Assembly (NCBI GenBank): GCA_964187785.1
Contig: OZ076409.1
Coordinates: forward strand, 88,910,001-88,974,000
Reading direction: 5' to 3'
Length of the DNA stretch: 64,000 bases
Source of the DNA: Amphiscolops sp. MND2022
Lineage: Eukaryota
The translations under genes and the position numbers were made by a program. The notes under the pieces are model-generated. The model was given only the letters and a program-made list of their open reading frames with translations, did no database searches and had not been told where the DNA came from. This document shows, piece by piece, positions 12,901 to 25,158 of the stretch; position 1 is the stretch's first letter, and each line of letters begins with the position of its first letter.

Positions 12901-14745
12901 CAAACAGACTGGGGGAGGCTATCAGCCAATCCAAGAAGAAGAAATTGAACCGGAACAATTTGAAATGGAAGAGCAACCGGCGGAAGAACGAATGAACAAC
13001 TCGGAGAGCGAAGGAGAAAGCCAAATTTTCCGCGGAGATGATTTACCGATCGTCGACCTGAAAAATTACAACACCGAAGGAAAAGAAGCGCACTACGTGC
13101 AAATCAATCAAATTATCGGAGTAGTCACCGAAGGAAAAAAAGCAACGGAAGAAACCATTAGGAAAGCGGAAATGGATTTCATGCTGGATTTAAAGAATCT
13201 GATTGCAAAATCAACAACAGACGCGGAGTTAAATCGAGTTAAACTGGCACTAAATAGAGAAGACCGCAACATGGCGCCAGAACACTACCGACCACACTTC
13301 GAGAAGATCTCATCAAAATGGGGGCTAACGTTCCTAAACGACAAAATAGTGGTACCGACCGAACTTCGAAAGAAGTTACTGGATACACTACATTTTGGAC
13401 ATGCAGGACCAAAATGATAGCCGAAGCGAAAATTTTCTGGTGGCCAAACATCAACAAGGACATTGAAGAAAAAGTCAAAAATTGCATAGCCTGCCTATCA
13501 TCCGGTAAGAATTTAAAATATCAAATACCAAAAAATGAATACGGAAAACTAAAAATACTAACCGAACCGGGCCAAAAAATCCAAATTGATTTTACCGGAA
13601 AACTACACAACAAAAAATTAAACGGAGAAAGCCAATTACTAATTGCGATAGATAGATTTAGTAAATGGCCGACCGTAAAAATATGCAAAACTACCGAAAC
13701 AAAAGAAGTAATAAACTTCCTAACGCAAATTTTTAATTTGTACGGAATACCGGATAAAATCAAATTGGATAAAGGCGGAGCATTTATCTCAAAAGAGTAC
13801 ATCGAATTCTGCAAGTCGAAAAACATTGAGATAGAATACTGCACACCGAGACTACATACCGGTACGGGAGCAGTAGAACGCGCAATACAAACAATAAAGA
13901 ACTTAATACTGGCCAATTTAGAAGATAATTTATGCTTGACCCAATGCGTAAATAGAGCGTTAAAAGTAATGCGATTTACAATACACACCGGATTAAAACT
14001 TACACCATTTGACTTACATCACGGTAGAAAACCGCGAACCGAATTAACCAATCTGGTTAAAGACGGAAAGTCATTCCTATCCGATTGGACCAAACTATCT
14101 GTTTCAGCTGAGAAAAAACCAAAGATACCAATCTACGTATCAAGGAACGAGGAGGGAGATGTTACCAACTATTTGGTCATGGCAAAAACCAAAACCGAAG
14201 AAAAAGCGGTGGACAAACCGAAAAAGAAAAATCGGTTAGTGAGTACCCTTTTAATTTCGTAGAAAAGAATCATAATAGAAAATCACTAGAAGGGAGATTC
14301 CAGAAGAAAATACAAACCGCGGTAAGCGGAACCGAACATACTGTAACCACCGAGAGTGGAAAGTTAATACACCGAAAACATATTTCGGGACCAATTGTAT
14401 TTCAGACCGAAAAGAAGAAAGAACGGGCACCGCAAATCGGAGACAAGATCACACCGAAAAATCGACACTGTCTCCGGGGCGTTGACGGGAAATACATTCA
14501 GTGGAAAGAAATACTACGGGATATACTGAATGGAAAACTGAAGATAATTCAGAACCGAAAACACAAATCCGAATCGGAGTCAGAAAGTGAAGAAGGAGAG
14601 ATTGATGAAGAAAGTGACTTCGAGATGGAAAATCCGGACACATCCGAAAGAAACGGGTACAAACCCATTTGCACGAACCCCGACGACGAACTAAAACTCC
14701 ACACCGACGGTGAGATGCCTACCGGTGAGAAAGAAAATAAATATT
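9980..14745 (+). pseudogene. pol: gag-pol of element 1: Zn knuckles, protease, RT, RNase H, integrase
   Basis: CRFC...H.C and CNNCEKKGHFARSC knuckles; VLDTG protease; WLDD RT; TDAS...ELLAVV RNase H; H-x-GH/CxxC plus IQIDF...IDRFSKW...VER integrase. Interrupted by stops and frameshifts (ORFs 10330-12129, 12312-12995, 12965-13417, 13318-14262). Confidence 0.92.
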
Positions 14746-14975
14746 AAGAAACCGAAAATGTAGCCGTTAGAAGATCTAACCGAAAATGTATGCAACCGAA
14801 TAGATACGGGGGAGTGCAATACACAAAAAACTTTTGGGTGTAAAAATCGAAAATAAATACTCTGTTTCAGGATCTAACCGAAATAACTCAACAGTAGAGT
14901 TACCGAAACCAGCCGACTTCGCAAGAGCGATGAGCCCGATGCCCGGAACCTCCAAAGAGTAAAAAGGAGAAACCC

Positions 14976-14987
14976 AGAAGAGGGGAA
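14976..14987 (+). promoter_or_regulatory. Polypurine tract of element 1
   Basis: AGAAGAGGGGAA immediately before the 3' LTR. Confidence 0.85.
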
Positions 14988-15238
14988 TGTTATACGGTGT
15001 AATACCGCGTCCGAATTTATTCGGTTCATCATGTGCCAATCAAACTGAGAGACAATCTGTTGACCAACAAACTCAAGTTCCATATTTATGTTGATACATA
15101 TTTATATACATATATGTATAATTAGATTAGTGTTGTTCGGAACCATTGTTGGATAGAAAGTACATAGAATAAAGATTGGAAAAAGAGATTCATTAGATTT
15201 GCCATTCGTTTATATTATACCAAGTTGGAAATAGAACA
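14988..15238 (+). repeat. 3' LTR of element 1
   Basis: Direct repeat of 9706-9956, followed by TSD CAGGT. Confidence 0.95.
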
Positions 15239-15959
15239 CAGGTTTCTACTCTGTGTCAAACATTTGCATCTTTTCAAATTTACCGATTATGAACTGTTTT
15301 ATGATACGCTACGCGTCAAAAGTTTTTGGACCACTCTAAACGATGTCCTCCAGAACTGTCAGCGGATCCTAAGTAGAACGGAAAACTTTTTGGACGCGAA
15401 CACAACACTGCATTATTTGAATTGATTTGAACATCAAGTAGAATGCCTGGAGCATGTTGAGCAGTTTGGTGGTAATATGGACATAAATTTGAGTTGTTCC
15501 GAACCTTTGGTTTAGTTATTTGACTATATGCCAGTTCGTATTGCTTGGAGTATTGAGGAAAAAGGTAAAGAAATTCTCCATTGAACTTCTCTATTTCCGG
15601 TGTTTTCTCTATGGCCGTGCAAAAAGATTTGACGCGTTCAGCGTCAACGATCTCGAATGGCATATTTTAGAATGAATAGTCCAAAAAGTGGCGACGAACA
15701 GCGTATAGCGTTTACACCAAGAGGTAGCACTATATTCGAATTGAGTCATTTACTTAGCTTTTGTGACAAAATATATGCAGCTTTGTTATTTTCCGCCTAT
15801 ATTTTAAATGAGAAAGGAAAATATTTAAAACAAACGGTTTTTTTTATTCACAAAATTTGCCAAGCACCAAATTTATATTTACCTTTAAGGGTGTTACCCA
15901 TAGCATTCAACTCGCATAAATTTAGCTTCGTACAATTTGTATGTGTGGGGAGAATTCCG

Positions 15960-18500
15960 GACTTTTTTTAGTTGACCCCAAGAACCCAAAATGACTCAAA
16001 ATTGACCCCAAATTTCGCAAAAATTCGAATTGAGAAAAACAAAAGTTTTTCCATATTTATACGTTTCTCTGCAGTTTTTGTTGAATTTCCGAGAAATCGC
16101 TGGAATAAAATGTTTAAACAATCAACTAGGCACAAATTTGTTGTCCAATAGTCTTTTATGAAGAGCTTACAGCGTTTTTTGGAAGAAAAACGACCCCAAA
16201 AACGACAAAAACTCCAAAAACTCCCAATTTTTAACGTTTTTATGCGAAATTTGTCAAGTTTTCGATATATTTCGTGGATTAGAATGTTGAAAATTCTCAA
16301 CCTGGCACTATCTCGTTGTCCAGTAGGCTTTTTTTGGAGAGATAACTGCTGTTTTCCATATGAAAAATCTCAAATTGACACCGAAAATGACACAAATCTC
16401 ACAATTTTCCAAGTTTCAAAGACTTCATGCATATTTTTTTTTCAAAATTTTCGAAGGTTTTTGTGGATTGGAACGTTGAAAAGGGTCAATAAGGAAAGAA
16501 TATGTTGTCCATTAGGTTTTTCCGAGGAGCTTATTCCAGTTGTTTAAGTGAAAATGTCTCAACTTAACACCCAAAATGGGAAAAAAATTCAAAATTAACC
16601 GATTTTCAAAGTTTTCATGCATTTTTTGTTGAAATTTCGAAGACTTCGTGGATTGGGTTGTTTTAAAGGGCCAACATGGAAAGGGTTGGTTGTCAAGTAG
16701 TCTTTTATGAAGAGATAACTGCAATGTTCTGAATGAAAATGTGTCAAATCAACACCGAAAGTGACAACAAAGTGAAGGTTTTATGCTTTTTTTCTTATTT
16801 TTGACAAACTTTGTGAATTGGAACGTTGGAATGGGTCCACAAGAAATAAATATATTGTACAGTAGCCTTTTTTGAAGAGTTTGTTGCAGTTTCCATATTG
16901 AAAATGTCTTGAATTGACACCGAAAGTCACATAAACACAACATTGACCAATTTTCAGTTTTTATGAATTTTTTGTTGAAGTTTCGACAGACTTCGTTGAT
17001 TGGAATGTTTTAAAGGGTCAACATGGCAAAGCTGGTTGTCAAGTAGTCTTTTAAGAAGAGATAACTGCAGTGTTCTGAATGAAAATGTCTCAAATTGACA
17101 CCGAAATTGACCAAAGTCCCCAAATTTTCCATTTTTCCAAGATTTCATGCCTTTTCTTCCACATTTTCGACAAACTTTGTGGATTTGAACGTTCAAAAGG
17201 CTCAACAATGTAAGTATGTGTTGCCCTGTAGGCTATTATGAAGAGAATTTTGCAGTTTTCTTAGTGAAAATATCTCAAATTGACACCGAAAACGACGAAA
17301 ATCCCAAAACTTTCCAATTTTCAAATAGTTTCAGCATTTTTCCACATTTTTGACAGATTTCGTCATTTGGAACGTTGAAAAAGGTCAACAAAAAAGAATG
17401 TGTTGTCCATTTATTTAGAAACGAGATAAATGCAGTTTTTCAAACTAAAACTGTCCGGAATTGACATCGAAAAAGACAAAATTTGGATTATTTTTTTCAT
17501 TCTTTCACTATTTGTTCAACATTTGTCAAATTATCGATAGACTTCGTGGAGTCGAATGCTTAAACGCCTAAAGCATGTGCAAACTTGTTTTTTCGGTGAA
17601 CTTTCATCACGAGATAAGATCAATTTGTAAATGATAAAAGCCTCAAATTGACCATGAACTTTCGAAAAGTTTTTGTCGTTTTTGATGCAATTTCTGTACC
17701 TTATCCGAGAGAGATTGTTCTAAATTCCAACACAATTAACTCAACAACGAAAAAACCATCTTTGATTACATTTTTTGAAGAGAACGTTGCAACGTTTTGC
17801 TTCAAAAACACTTCAGAATGACCCCAAAGGAGTCGAAAAATTTCAACAACATGGTTTTCGTGCAACTTGTGTACTTTTTGAATACATTTGAAGTCAGAAT
17901 GTTGTCAATCGTTCAACAACGACTAAACTCATACCCCAGTAGGTTTTCGAAGGAGTATTTGCAAACTTCGTTGGAAAAATGGCTCATAATTGTAAAAAAT
18001 CTAAAACGTCAAAAATTTTTGTCGATTTCCGATATTTTCAGTAATTTTTCATTTGAGATTGGAAAATTTCGGTAAAATAAACGAAAAACGTTAGATGATA
18101 AAGCTAGGTTTGAAGCACGTTTTTCGAAAAATGCCTATTTAATGGTCAAAAGTTTCCTCAGAATGACCCAAATTTTGCAAAAAATGACAATTTCCATTTT
18201 AGTCTATTTTTTGTTCAATTTTTGAGCTACTTCCTTGCTTAAAATGATTTTAAACACTCAACAACGATTAGTCCGGTTAATTCCAGTAGGCAATTTTGAA
18301 GAGATATCTGCATTTTTTGTGAAATCGGTCTCAAAAACTCCCAAAAAGCAATGAAGCAACAAAAAGCACATGGTTTGACAAACTAATCCCAATTTCTGTT
18401 CAAAGCACGAAAGATTTTGAAGAATAGACCTTCCAATGACCTGATCGTTAAAAATAAGGTATTCAAAACGCAACTGGGGAAAAAGTGGAATGAAGTCCAT
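15960..18500. repeat. Old degenerate ~180-bp AT-rich tandem repeat; similar units resume at ~19770-20900
   Basis: AAATTGACACCGAAA-like cores recur near 16372, 16560, 16746, 16912, 17092, 17277 and 17460. Confidence 0.7.
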
Positions 18501-18954
18501 CGAGTTTACAACAAGGGTGTAAAAGTTTCCGAACTTTACTTTCGACAACATAGTCCCAATTTTGGACACTTTCTGAAAATTTACTTTAATCAGAAACACT
18601 ATAGGCTCAGGATTGAAACGTGTAGATACCGGTAGTGTTTCGAAAAGATGTCAGACGAGTTTATTCGCCCAACGTTCAAATACTTTACTTGAAAACGTAA
18701 ATCTCGACATCTCATTTCTCCATTTTTTATAATTCAAAAACCTCCAAGCGAAATCACTAGATATGGAGTACTTCATCCAAAGGGAGATGTTTCGACCTAC
18801 TTTGTGGGCTAGAATGGCGTGTGTTGGCGCCAGTCCTTTGCGAGATCAGAAACTTAAATTCGACCGTGACTGATGAAACTTATAACTCAAAACACTTAGA
18901 AAATTCATCAAGTTTCTAGTTGGAAAATTACAACTTTTAGCGAAAATGGCCTCG

Positions 18955-19762
18955 TGTAAAATGACACCACCCCCTTTCAGAGAAGCACTTGTCCAATGAC
19001 CCAGAACCTTCGCATGTATAAAGAAAAGGTGCTAACTCAACCTTTCACTCAGAACACCGAACCCCGTATCTTCCATGGGTTGCGAGCATATAACACCCAA
19101 AGTGATCTAGGTCGGACCCCATGAGTTACCCGTTTTAATATTTTTTTAATTTTGTGATTTTCTCATATGACCTTGAAGTAAATGTAACTCTGTTGAAATT
19201 AATGATATTTACATTGTGTAAACATACTTTCTAGCCCACCTAACCAACATGCCAAAACCACCACATAGTTTGTTTACTTAGCCAATAACTTCATTTTATG
19301 CTTTAATTGTCATCTATTTATACCGCATATTTCAACTTATATTTGCATATATTTACTGTAGAATTGTAAACGATATGTATACCATTACTAGATAGAGATT
19401 TTCTCCACTGAATAGCTAAAGTCAAGTTGGGTCTTAGGACCAAGAGACTAATTGATAAACATCTCAATCTTCACAACTTTTCGCTTGAGTCAGAGAGATT
19501 AAGTAGCTACTCTCATAGTTGGAGAGCCGGAGCGCGTGAAGATACAATAAGGGAAGTGTGTTACGAAACACATCGGATCTAAACGAGTGCAAAGAGGGAT
19601 CGCAGCAGATTCCTACGTGTCACATCGGACCCACCAGCCACAAGATACCGTCCTTTAAATCAAGAAACCAGGATTTGTTTAGTATCGGTCCACAGTATTA
19701 AGCAAAGGACGGCGTAAAGCTTGTCAAGTCTCAGCGCAGGATAAGGGCAAGCAGCCGTTACA
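18955..19762 (-). mobile_element. Probable solo LTR
   Basis: The minus strand begins TGTAACGGC, like the element 2 LTR, and has a TATA (plus-strand CTATTTATA ~19315). It interrupts the surrounding tandem repeat. The left boundary (TGTAAA) is tentative and there is no clean TSD. Confidence 0.4.
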
Positions 19763-21453
19763 GTGTGAGCATTCAACAACTACTAAACTAGTGTCCAGTT
19801 GGCTTGTTTTTGAAGAGACATCTGTAGATTCATGTTAAAAAACTCCTCGAATTGACCCCAAAGTTGTCAAAAATTCCAGTTCGATAAGTAACAAAGTAAC
19901 AAAGAAGTCGCCCTCACGACTCGGTAAACATATGTCCTTCACAGAAAAATTGCGAAAAATGTGTTACGAAATTTATTTTCAAAAAAGTATTGAAATGTCG
20001 CATAATGCCGAAAAAAAAACGAAAAGTGGCTAGCTATTGCAAAAATTATAAGTTAGCAGTTTCTTCAAAATGGGCTAAGATGAATCAAAGCATTCTTTTC
20101 TTCGAAATTCTTTGGGTTTTCATAGTGCATTGGCTATTTTTGAGCCTCAAATTTATTTAGTTGTAGAACAGTCTGGGGCGGAAAATATCTCGCTGCTCAG
20201 CGGGCGTCTTATTCTCGAAAAAGATTCAAATTGACCCCAAAATTGACAAACCATCGAACAAGTTCACTTTTGACAACTTCAGTGACTTTTTGTGAAATTT
20301 TTCGCAAGTTAAACGGTTCTAAACGCTTCGAAAGAAAAATTAAACTATATGGGAAGAGTTTTGAAGACAAAAACTATAGTTTTTTAGGTAGAGCATTACC
20401 TCCAATGACCAAAAAAGTCAAAATTCCGAAGGTTTTTCAATTTTTTAGAGTTTTTTTTGAAAATTTTGTGACTTTTTCGAAAGATTTCGTAGGTGGGAAG
20501 AATGATAACTTTCAATAATGGGCAGTTGGCCGCGTTGTTCAAACAATCAGAATGAACGCAAACTTCTACACTCATTCGTCTATTTTCTATGAAATTTCTG
20601 TACAACTTCAGAAAGACCTCGTGGATTGGAATTTGAAAACAATCAAGGGCAAAAGAAGTAGTTATCTAGTACGCTGTTTTTGCAAAATAGTTGCAGTTTG
20701 TGTTAGAAAACTACCTCAAAAAGACCGGAAAGTTGTCGAAAAAGTAGTTTTCCAATTTTTGACAATTATTTAGGTCGAAAAGTAGAATAACTGTCTAATA
20801 AGTGTCAAAACTTCAATTTCCTGAAAGTTATATGCTTTTTCACAGTGCATTTACTTTTCTCGAGCCTCAAAGGAATGTCGTTGCTAGAACAGTTTGGACG
20901 GAACATTTCCTGCTGGTCAGCGGTGGTCTGGTTTTGTTTGTCAGACTACAACCCAACACTGAAAGGTCCAATTTCGAATTGATTTTTGTGGTAAAGTGTG
21001 TTCAAAAAAGAACCACGGATTAACACATCTGTTTTTTCAGAGCAATTTTCAGCAACGCCGACACGGACTCAACATCAACGTTTGCACACCCAGTGGCCAC
21101 GATTCGCCTATCACGTCGAAATCACACATAAAATTGTCAGAAAAATCAACATAAATGGATCCACAATAGTTACGAACAATCAAGAGACAGAACTCAAGAC
21201 AACCCTTTTCTTGGAAATGAGTCTGAAAGATGTCGGTAAACGAACAGAGTTATTCGAATGTGATATTTTGTCGGATAAAAACAAACAACACTTCAAAAAC
21301 AATGTCTTTGAACCACGAACACTCGATAACGACAACCCGGAACAAACGTGGGAACAACTCCCTGACATCAAAAGAAAATGTGACATCCAATCATTTACCG
21401 CCGAAAACAAAATGGTATCTAACGCAGATATATGTGAAACGAAAACTAGAAAG

Positions 21454-22186
21454 TGTAACGGCAAGCTCTGGCACAGCAATATCAACCGACATGTTTAGAA
21501 ATTTTGTCAAAAATTCGTTCAAATTTGACGTGGCACTCAAACATGCTCAAGACGAAGTACCTGCCAGAAAAAGCACCCCAGAAAAGCAGAAATCGCCGCT
21601 CGCGACGAACAAGCACCGGAGACGACAAAAAGACGTCCCCAACGCATACAGAACACGGTATTGTGTCTATCTCTAGGAGATATCCATTACTACAGTAAAG
21701 GAAACCAGTGTTCCAGATGTTCGCCTGAGTATCCCTGCGGTATCCTGTGTGGCAACTAGTGCTAGCGCTGGGAAGCTGAGGTCAATTTCCATCAAATGAC
21801 TCTGAACTCTTGATTGCTTGTTGTACTTTTCGATGTGATTAATTAAATTAATATGCTCGAGAGCTGTTGTTTAACATCTGTTTATCCAATTTGGCGATTT
21901 TATCAGATTCTCCAATATTACGGTTCAACCTTCATCGATTTTCAGCCCGATTTTTAAAGGCTAGTTGAGCAGTGGTCTTGAGTCTTGCAAGATGCCTGTT
22001 ACTTTTAGCAGTTACAGACTAGGACCAGGCCAGAGAGTATCCTACAAGACGGTTCCCCCACCTTGGGACTGGCTCCTTCGGAGGAAAAATGAGCTAGAGC
22101 CGCGGAGATCTAGGTCCCAGATTATATTCGCTGTTCTAGTTCCTCCACTCTACGTTGCGGTTCAAGCGACAGCGCTTATCGTTACA
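21454..22186 (+). repeat. 5' LTR of element 2 (733 bp)
   Basis: Matches 36563-37290 apart from about 3 substitutions and one 5-bp indel by eye. Confidence 0.95.
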
Positions 22187-22201
22187 TAGAAACTCATTTT
22201 T

Positions 22202-22220
22202 TGGCGACCACAGAGGGATC
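22202..22220 (+). promoter_or_regulatory. Primer-binding site, tRNA-Arg-like
   Basis: TGGCGACCACAGAGGGA; its reverse complement (CCCTCTGTGGTCG-CCA) resembles tRNA-Arg(TCG) 3' ends. Confidence 0.7.
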
Positions 22221-23514
22221 GTCTTGTGAAGCTTTCCCTAGCGGTTTTTAAAAGATCTGGCCCCCTGGTGATCAGCGCCAAGCCCGTTTTCGACTCTGGA
22301 CAGGAGAGAGAAGCAGAGTTTTACCTTTTTTAGTCGTATTACGTCTTACTGGAACTGGGAGAGGCGTTGAACCAGAGAAAATGCCGAAGAAAACGTGTTT
22401 TCAGGTGCGAAAATGGTATTTTTGGGCATTTTAGAAGGAAATCGCTCTTTATGTGTGATGTGTTGTGTACCCATCAGCGGGTACCTTTTTGCAGGTGCAG
22501 AGGACCGTAGCACGTGGCTACGGGTGTCTAACAGGTTTTTTGAGCTATTTTCAGCCATTTTATGTCATGCAAGAGGGTAACGGATGGATGGTTGACCATA
22601 CTCCAGCGAGGCGAAGGAGGGGACAAATCTCGTGTTGCCTACTTTCTATTCCCATTTCTCGTGGAGACGTCCTAGAGGCATGGTTTTTGGTGGACAGCAA
22701 GTGCAACGACAGACGGTGCTAGTGGTCCCACCCGCGTGATTCTGTCTGGTCTAGATGTGGAGAAATAACGTGGTGAAGATGCACCCCCTGTGACCAGATG
22801 CGTCGCTCAGATGGAGTATGGTTGGCGAAAATTTTGAAAATACACCTCTTTCGATGGAGAATCGTTGGTGCAGGTCAGTGCCGTTCTACTATAAATGTAA
22901 CGACACCCTATGAAGTGCTTTTCTGCGGAAAAGATAGCACTTGGAGAAAAAACCTCATTTTTGCGTTTTTTTGGTGTTTTTCTTGGTTTCGAGCACTAGT
23001 GCTCAAGGAAACCAGGAAAGCCTGGTGGAAAATTTTGAAAAAGCAGCTGCAAGGCTCGAGAAAGCCGGCACGAGGCACGAAAAGTGAAATTGAAGCCTTT
23101 GATTGTGATAAAAGTGCCAATTTGAAGCCAAAAAATGTGGAAAAAGTGGGAATTTGGCCAAAAAGGCACCTAAAATGTGAACGTACACAAGTATGGAAGT
23201 GCAAAACGACAGTGTACGGCACTGCCCCAAGTGTAGTTGACCCTCAGGATACTAATTGCGACTTTTGTAGCGGACTCAGGCAGCCTGGGGCTGATACAGT
23301 GCGAAAAACTTGTGATTTTTGGCATTTTCGAGCAGAGAAAGTGCATTAACCGAAAACACCCAGAGCGAAGCTTATTCGACGAGAGCGGGCTTGAGCGCTC
23401 TCATTTTCAATTTTAGCAGCAAAGACAACGCATCGTGGTGAAAACCGCGTGCAAAAATTCCTTTTCAGTGTTGAGAAAAGTTGAAAAACCTTGATTTTTG
23501 GCCAGTTTCTGGAG

Positions 23515-24018
23515 TGCCAGAGTGCATCATTAAAACCTCTGGGGCACTCAGTGTTTTCGAGACCTGGGAGCCCGCGCGCTCTCATTTTCTGTTTTTATAG
23601 TAAAAACAACGCATTGTGGTGAAAACCGTGTGCAAAAATTCCTTTTCAGTGCTGAGAAAAGTGGAAAAAACGCACTGAATTTGATCAATTTTCCACAAAA
23701 CTGGACTGTCTATGAGCTAGGGTCGGGTCATCGATTCCTGAACCCTAGCCAAAAGGTGGTTGCATTGCCAGAGTGCATCATTAAAACCTCTGGGGCACTC
23801 AGTGTTTTCGAGACCTGGGAGCCCGCGCGCTCTCATTTTCTGTTTTTATAGTAAAAACAACGCATTGTGGTGAAAACCGTGTGCAAAAATTCCTTTTCAG
23901 TGCTGAGAAAAGTGGAAAAAACGCACTGAATTTGATCAATTTTCCACAAAACTGGACTGTCTATGAGCTAGGGTCGGGTCATCGATTCCTGAACCCTAGC
24001 CAAAAGGTGGTTGCATTG
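23515..24018. repeat. 251-bp tandem duplication in the leader of element 2, plus an older partial copy at ~23395-23490
   Basis: GCCAGAGTGCATCATTAAAACC at 23516 and 23767; the two units look identical. Confidence 0.9.
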
Positions 24019-25158
24019 TCGTAACCACCACAAAAATTAACGTTAGTGCCGAAAATTTGATGAGCGTATCGCTCACCAAAGTCGAGAAAAGCTCTTTGAC
24101 GTTTCGACTTCAGAAAAGCACAAAAAAGCCGAAAAAATCCAAAACTGCAGGACTGTCAGTGCATTATACCTAACGGGCACAACCAATTGAGGGTTTATCC
24201 CAGTGCTACGGATAGTGGGGCAACACGTTGGTCCCATTTTGTCCGCCGTATCACTTCCCGAGGTGATCCTCTTGGTCAAATTGTGAAAAAAGTAGTCAAA
24301 AACAGTGTTTTTTCGCGTGCAACGTACATAGTAGGTCGAAACCTCAAATAAGCGCTCGTGCTTCAGTTCGACTATATCAGTGGCATTGTAGGTGCCCACT
24401 GTCAAAGACTATCAAGTTTGGTGCCGATCTGTGCGATACTTGTTGAGAAAATAGGAAAAACGCGGCACCCAAAAAGGTGTCCAAAAAGGCAGTTTTTCCT
24501 TAATTTTTCCGAGTAACCCGGGCACCTTGGCCGACGGGTGGGGCTATATTGCAGCCCACCATCGTGATTTGTGCTAGTTCCTACGTTGCTGCAGAGAATT
24601 TGAGCTTGCTAGCTCCTTCCAGTGGACCGCAATCTTGAAAAAGACGTGAAAAACAGTGTATTTCGGTACATCGTGGTACCGCACGTCTGTACCTAGGTGA
24701 AACTGTGTTGAAGGAGCGCAGCTCAAAACTGTGTTCATTTTTGTAAACCTACGTGTACCTAAGATCTGCTGGTCAATTTTGGGCTTGATACAGGGCTCCT
24801 GGCACACACACGAGCCTCTTGAGTGTTGTCGTGCGAATTTTGAAAAATCCAAAAATTTCCTTGAAATTCTTCCTGTGAGTGACTGGAGACTTTTTGCCCC
24901 AAACCAGGTTGATTTTCTGGCCCAGTGTGCTTGTGGAAAAACGCTGTGCATCTTTGAACAGCCTACGAGCTCTAGAACGTGTTTCGAAAAGTCTAGGACA
25001 TTGAATAACATCAAATTTCTTAAGTGCTCACCGGGACGACCAAGGGATCAGCCTCGAATTGAAGACCCTGGTGCGTTCGGCGACCTAATATGAGTCTGCC
25101 GAGTAATCGTGAGCGGTAACTCGATCGCTATTAATAAAACGCGTTGGCCACAGAACCG

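Larger units (their letters stand above)
9706..15238 (+). mobile_element. Ty3/gypsy LTR retrotransposon (element 1), degenerate
   Basis: 251-bp TG...CA LTRs; 5-bp TSD CAGGT (9701-9705, 15239-15243); PBS; PPT; domain order gag-PR-RT-RH-INT. Confidence 0.95.

Noticed and set aside
10131..14643. Antisense ORFs over element 1
   Set aside because: Shadow frames of the A-rich coding strand.
15316..15663. 115-aa minus-strand ORF as a host gene
   Set aside because: No recognisable motif, and the neighbouring frames are broken; at most an unidentifiable remnant.
22025..22080. HDV-like or hammerhead ribozyme in the LTR
   Set aside because: The nested pseudoknot and catalytic core motifs could not be built, and the P1-like pairing is not kept in the related LTR.
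21230..22189. ORFs repeated at 36495-37317
   Set aside because: They are incidental frames in the two LTR copies.
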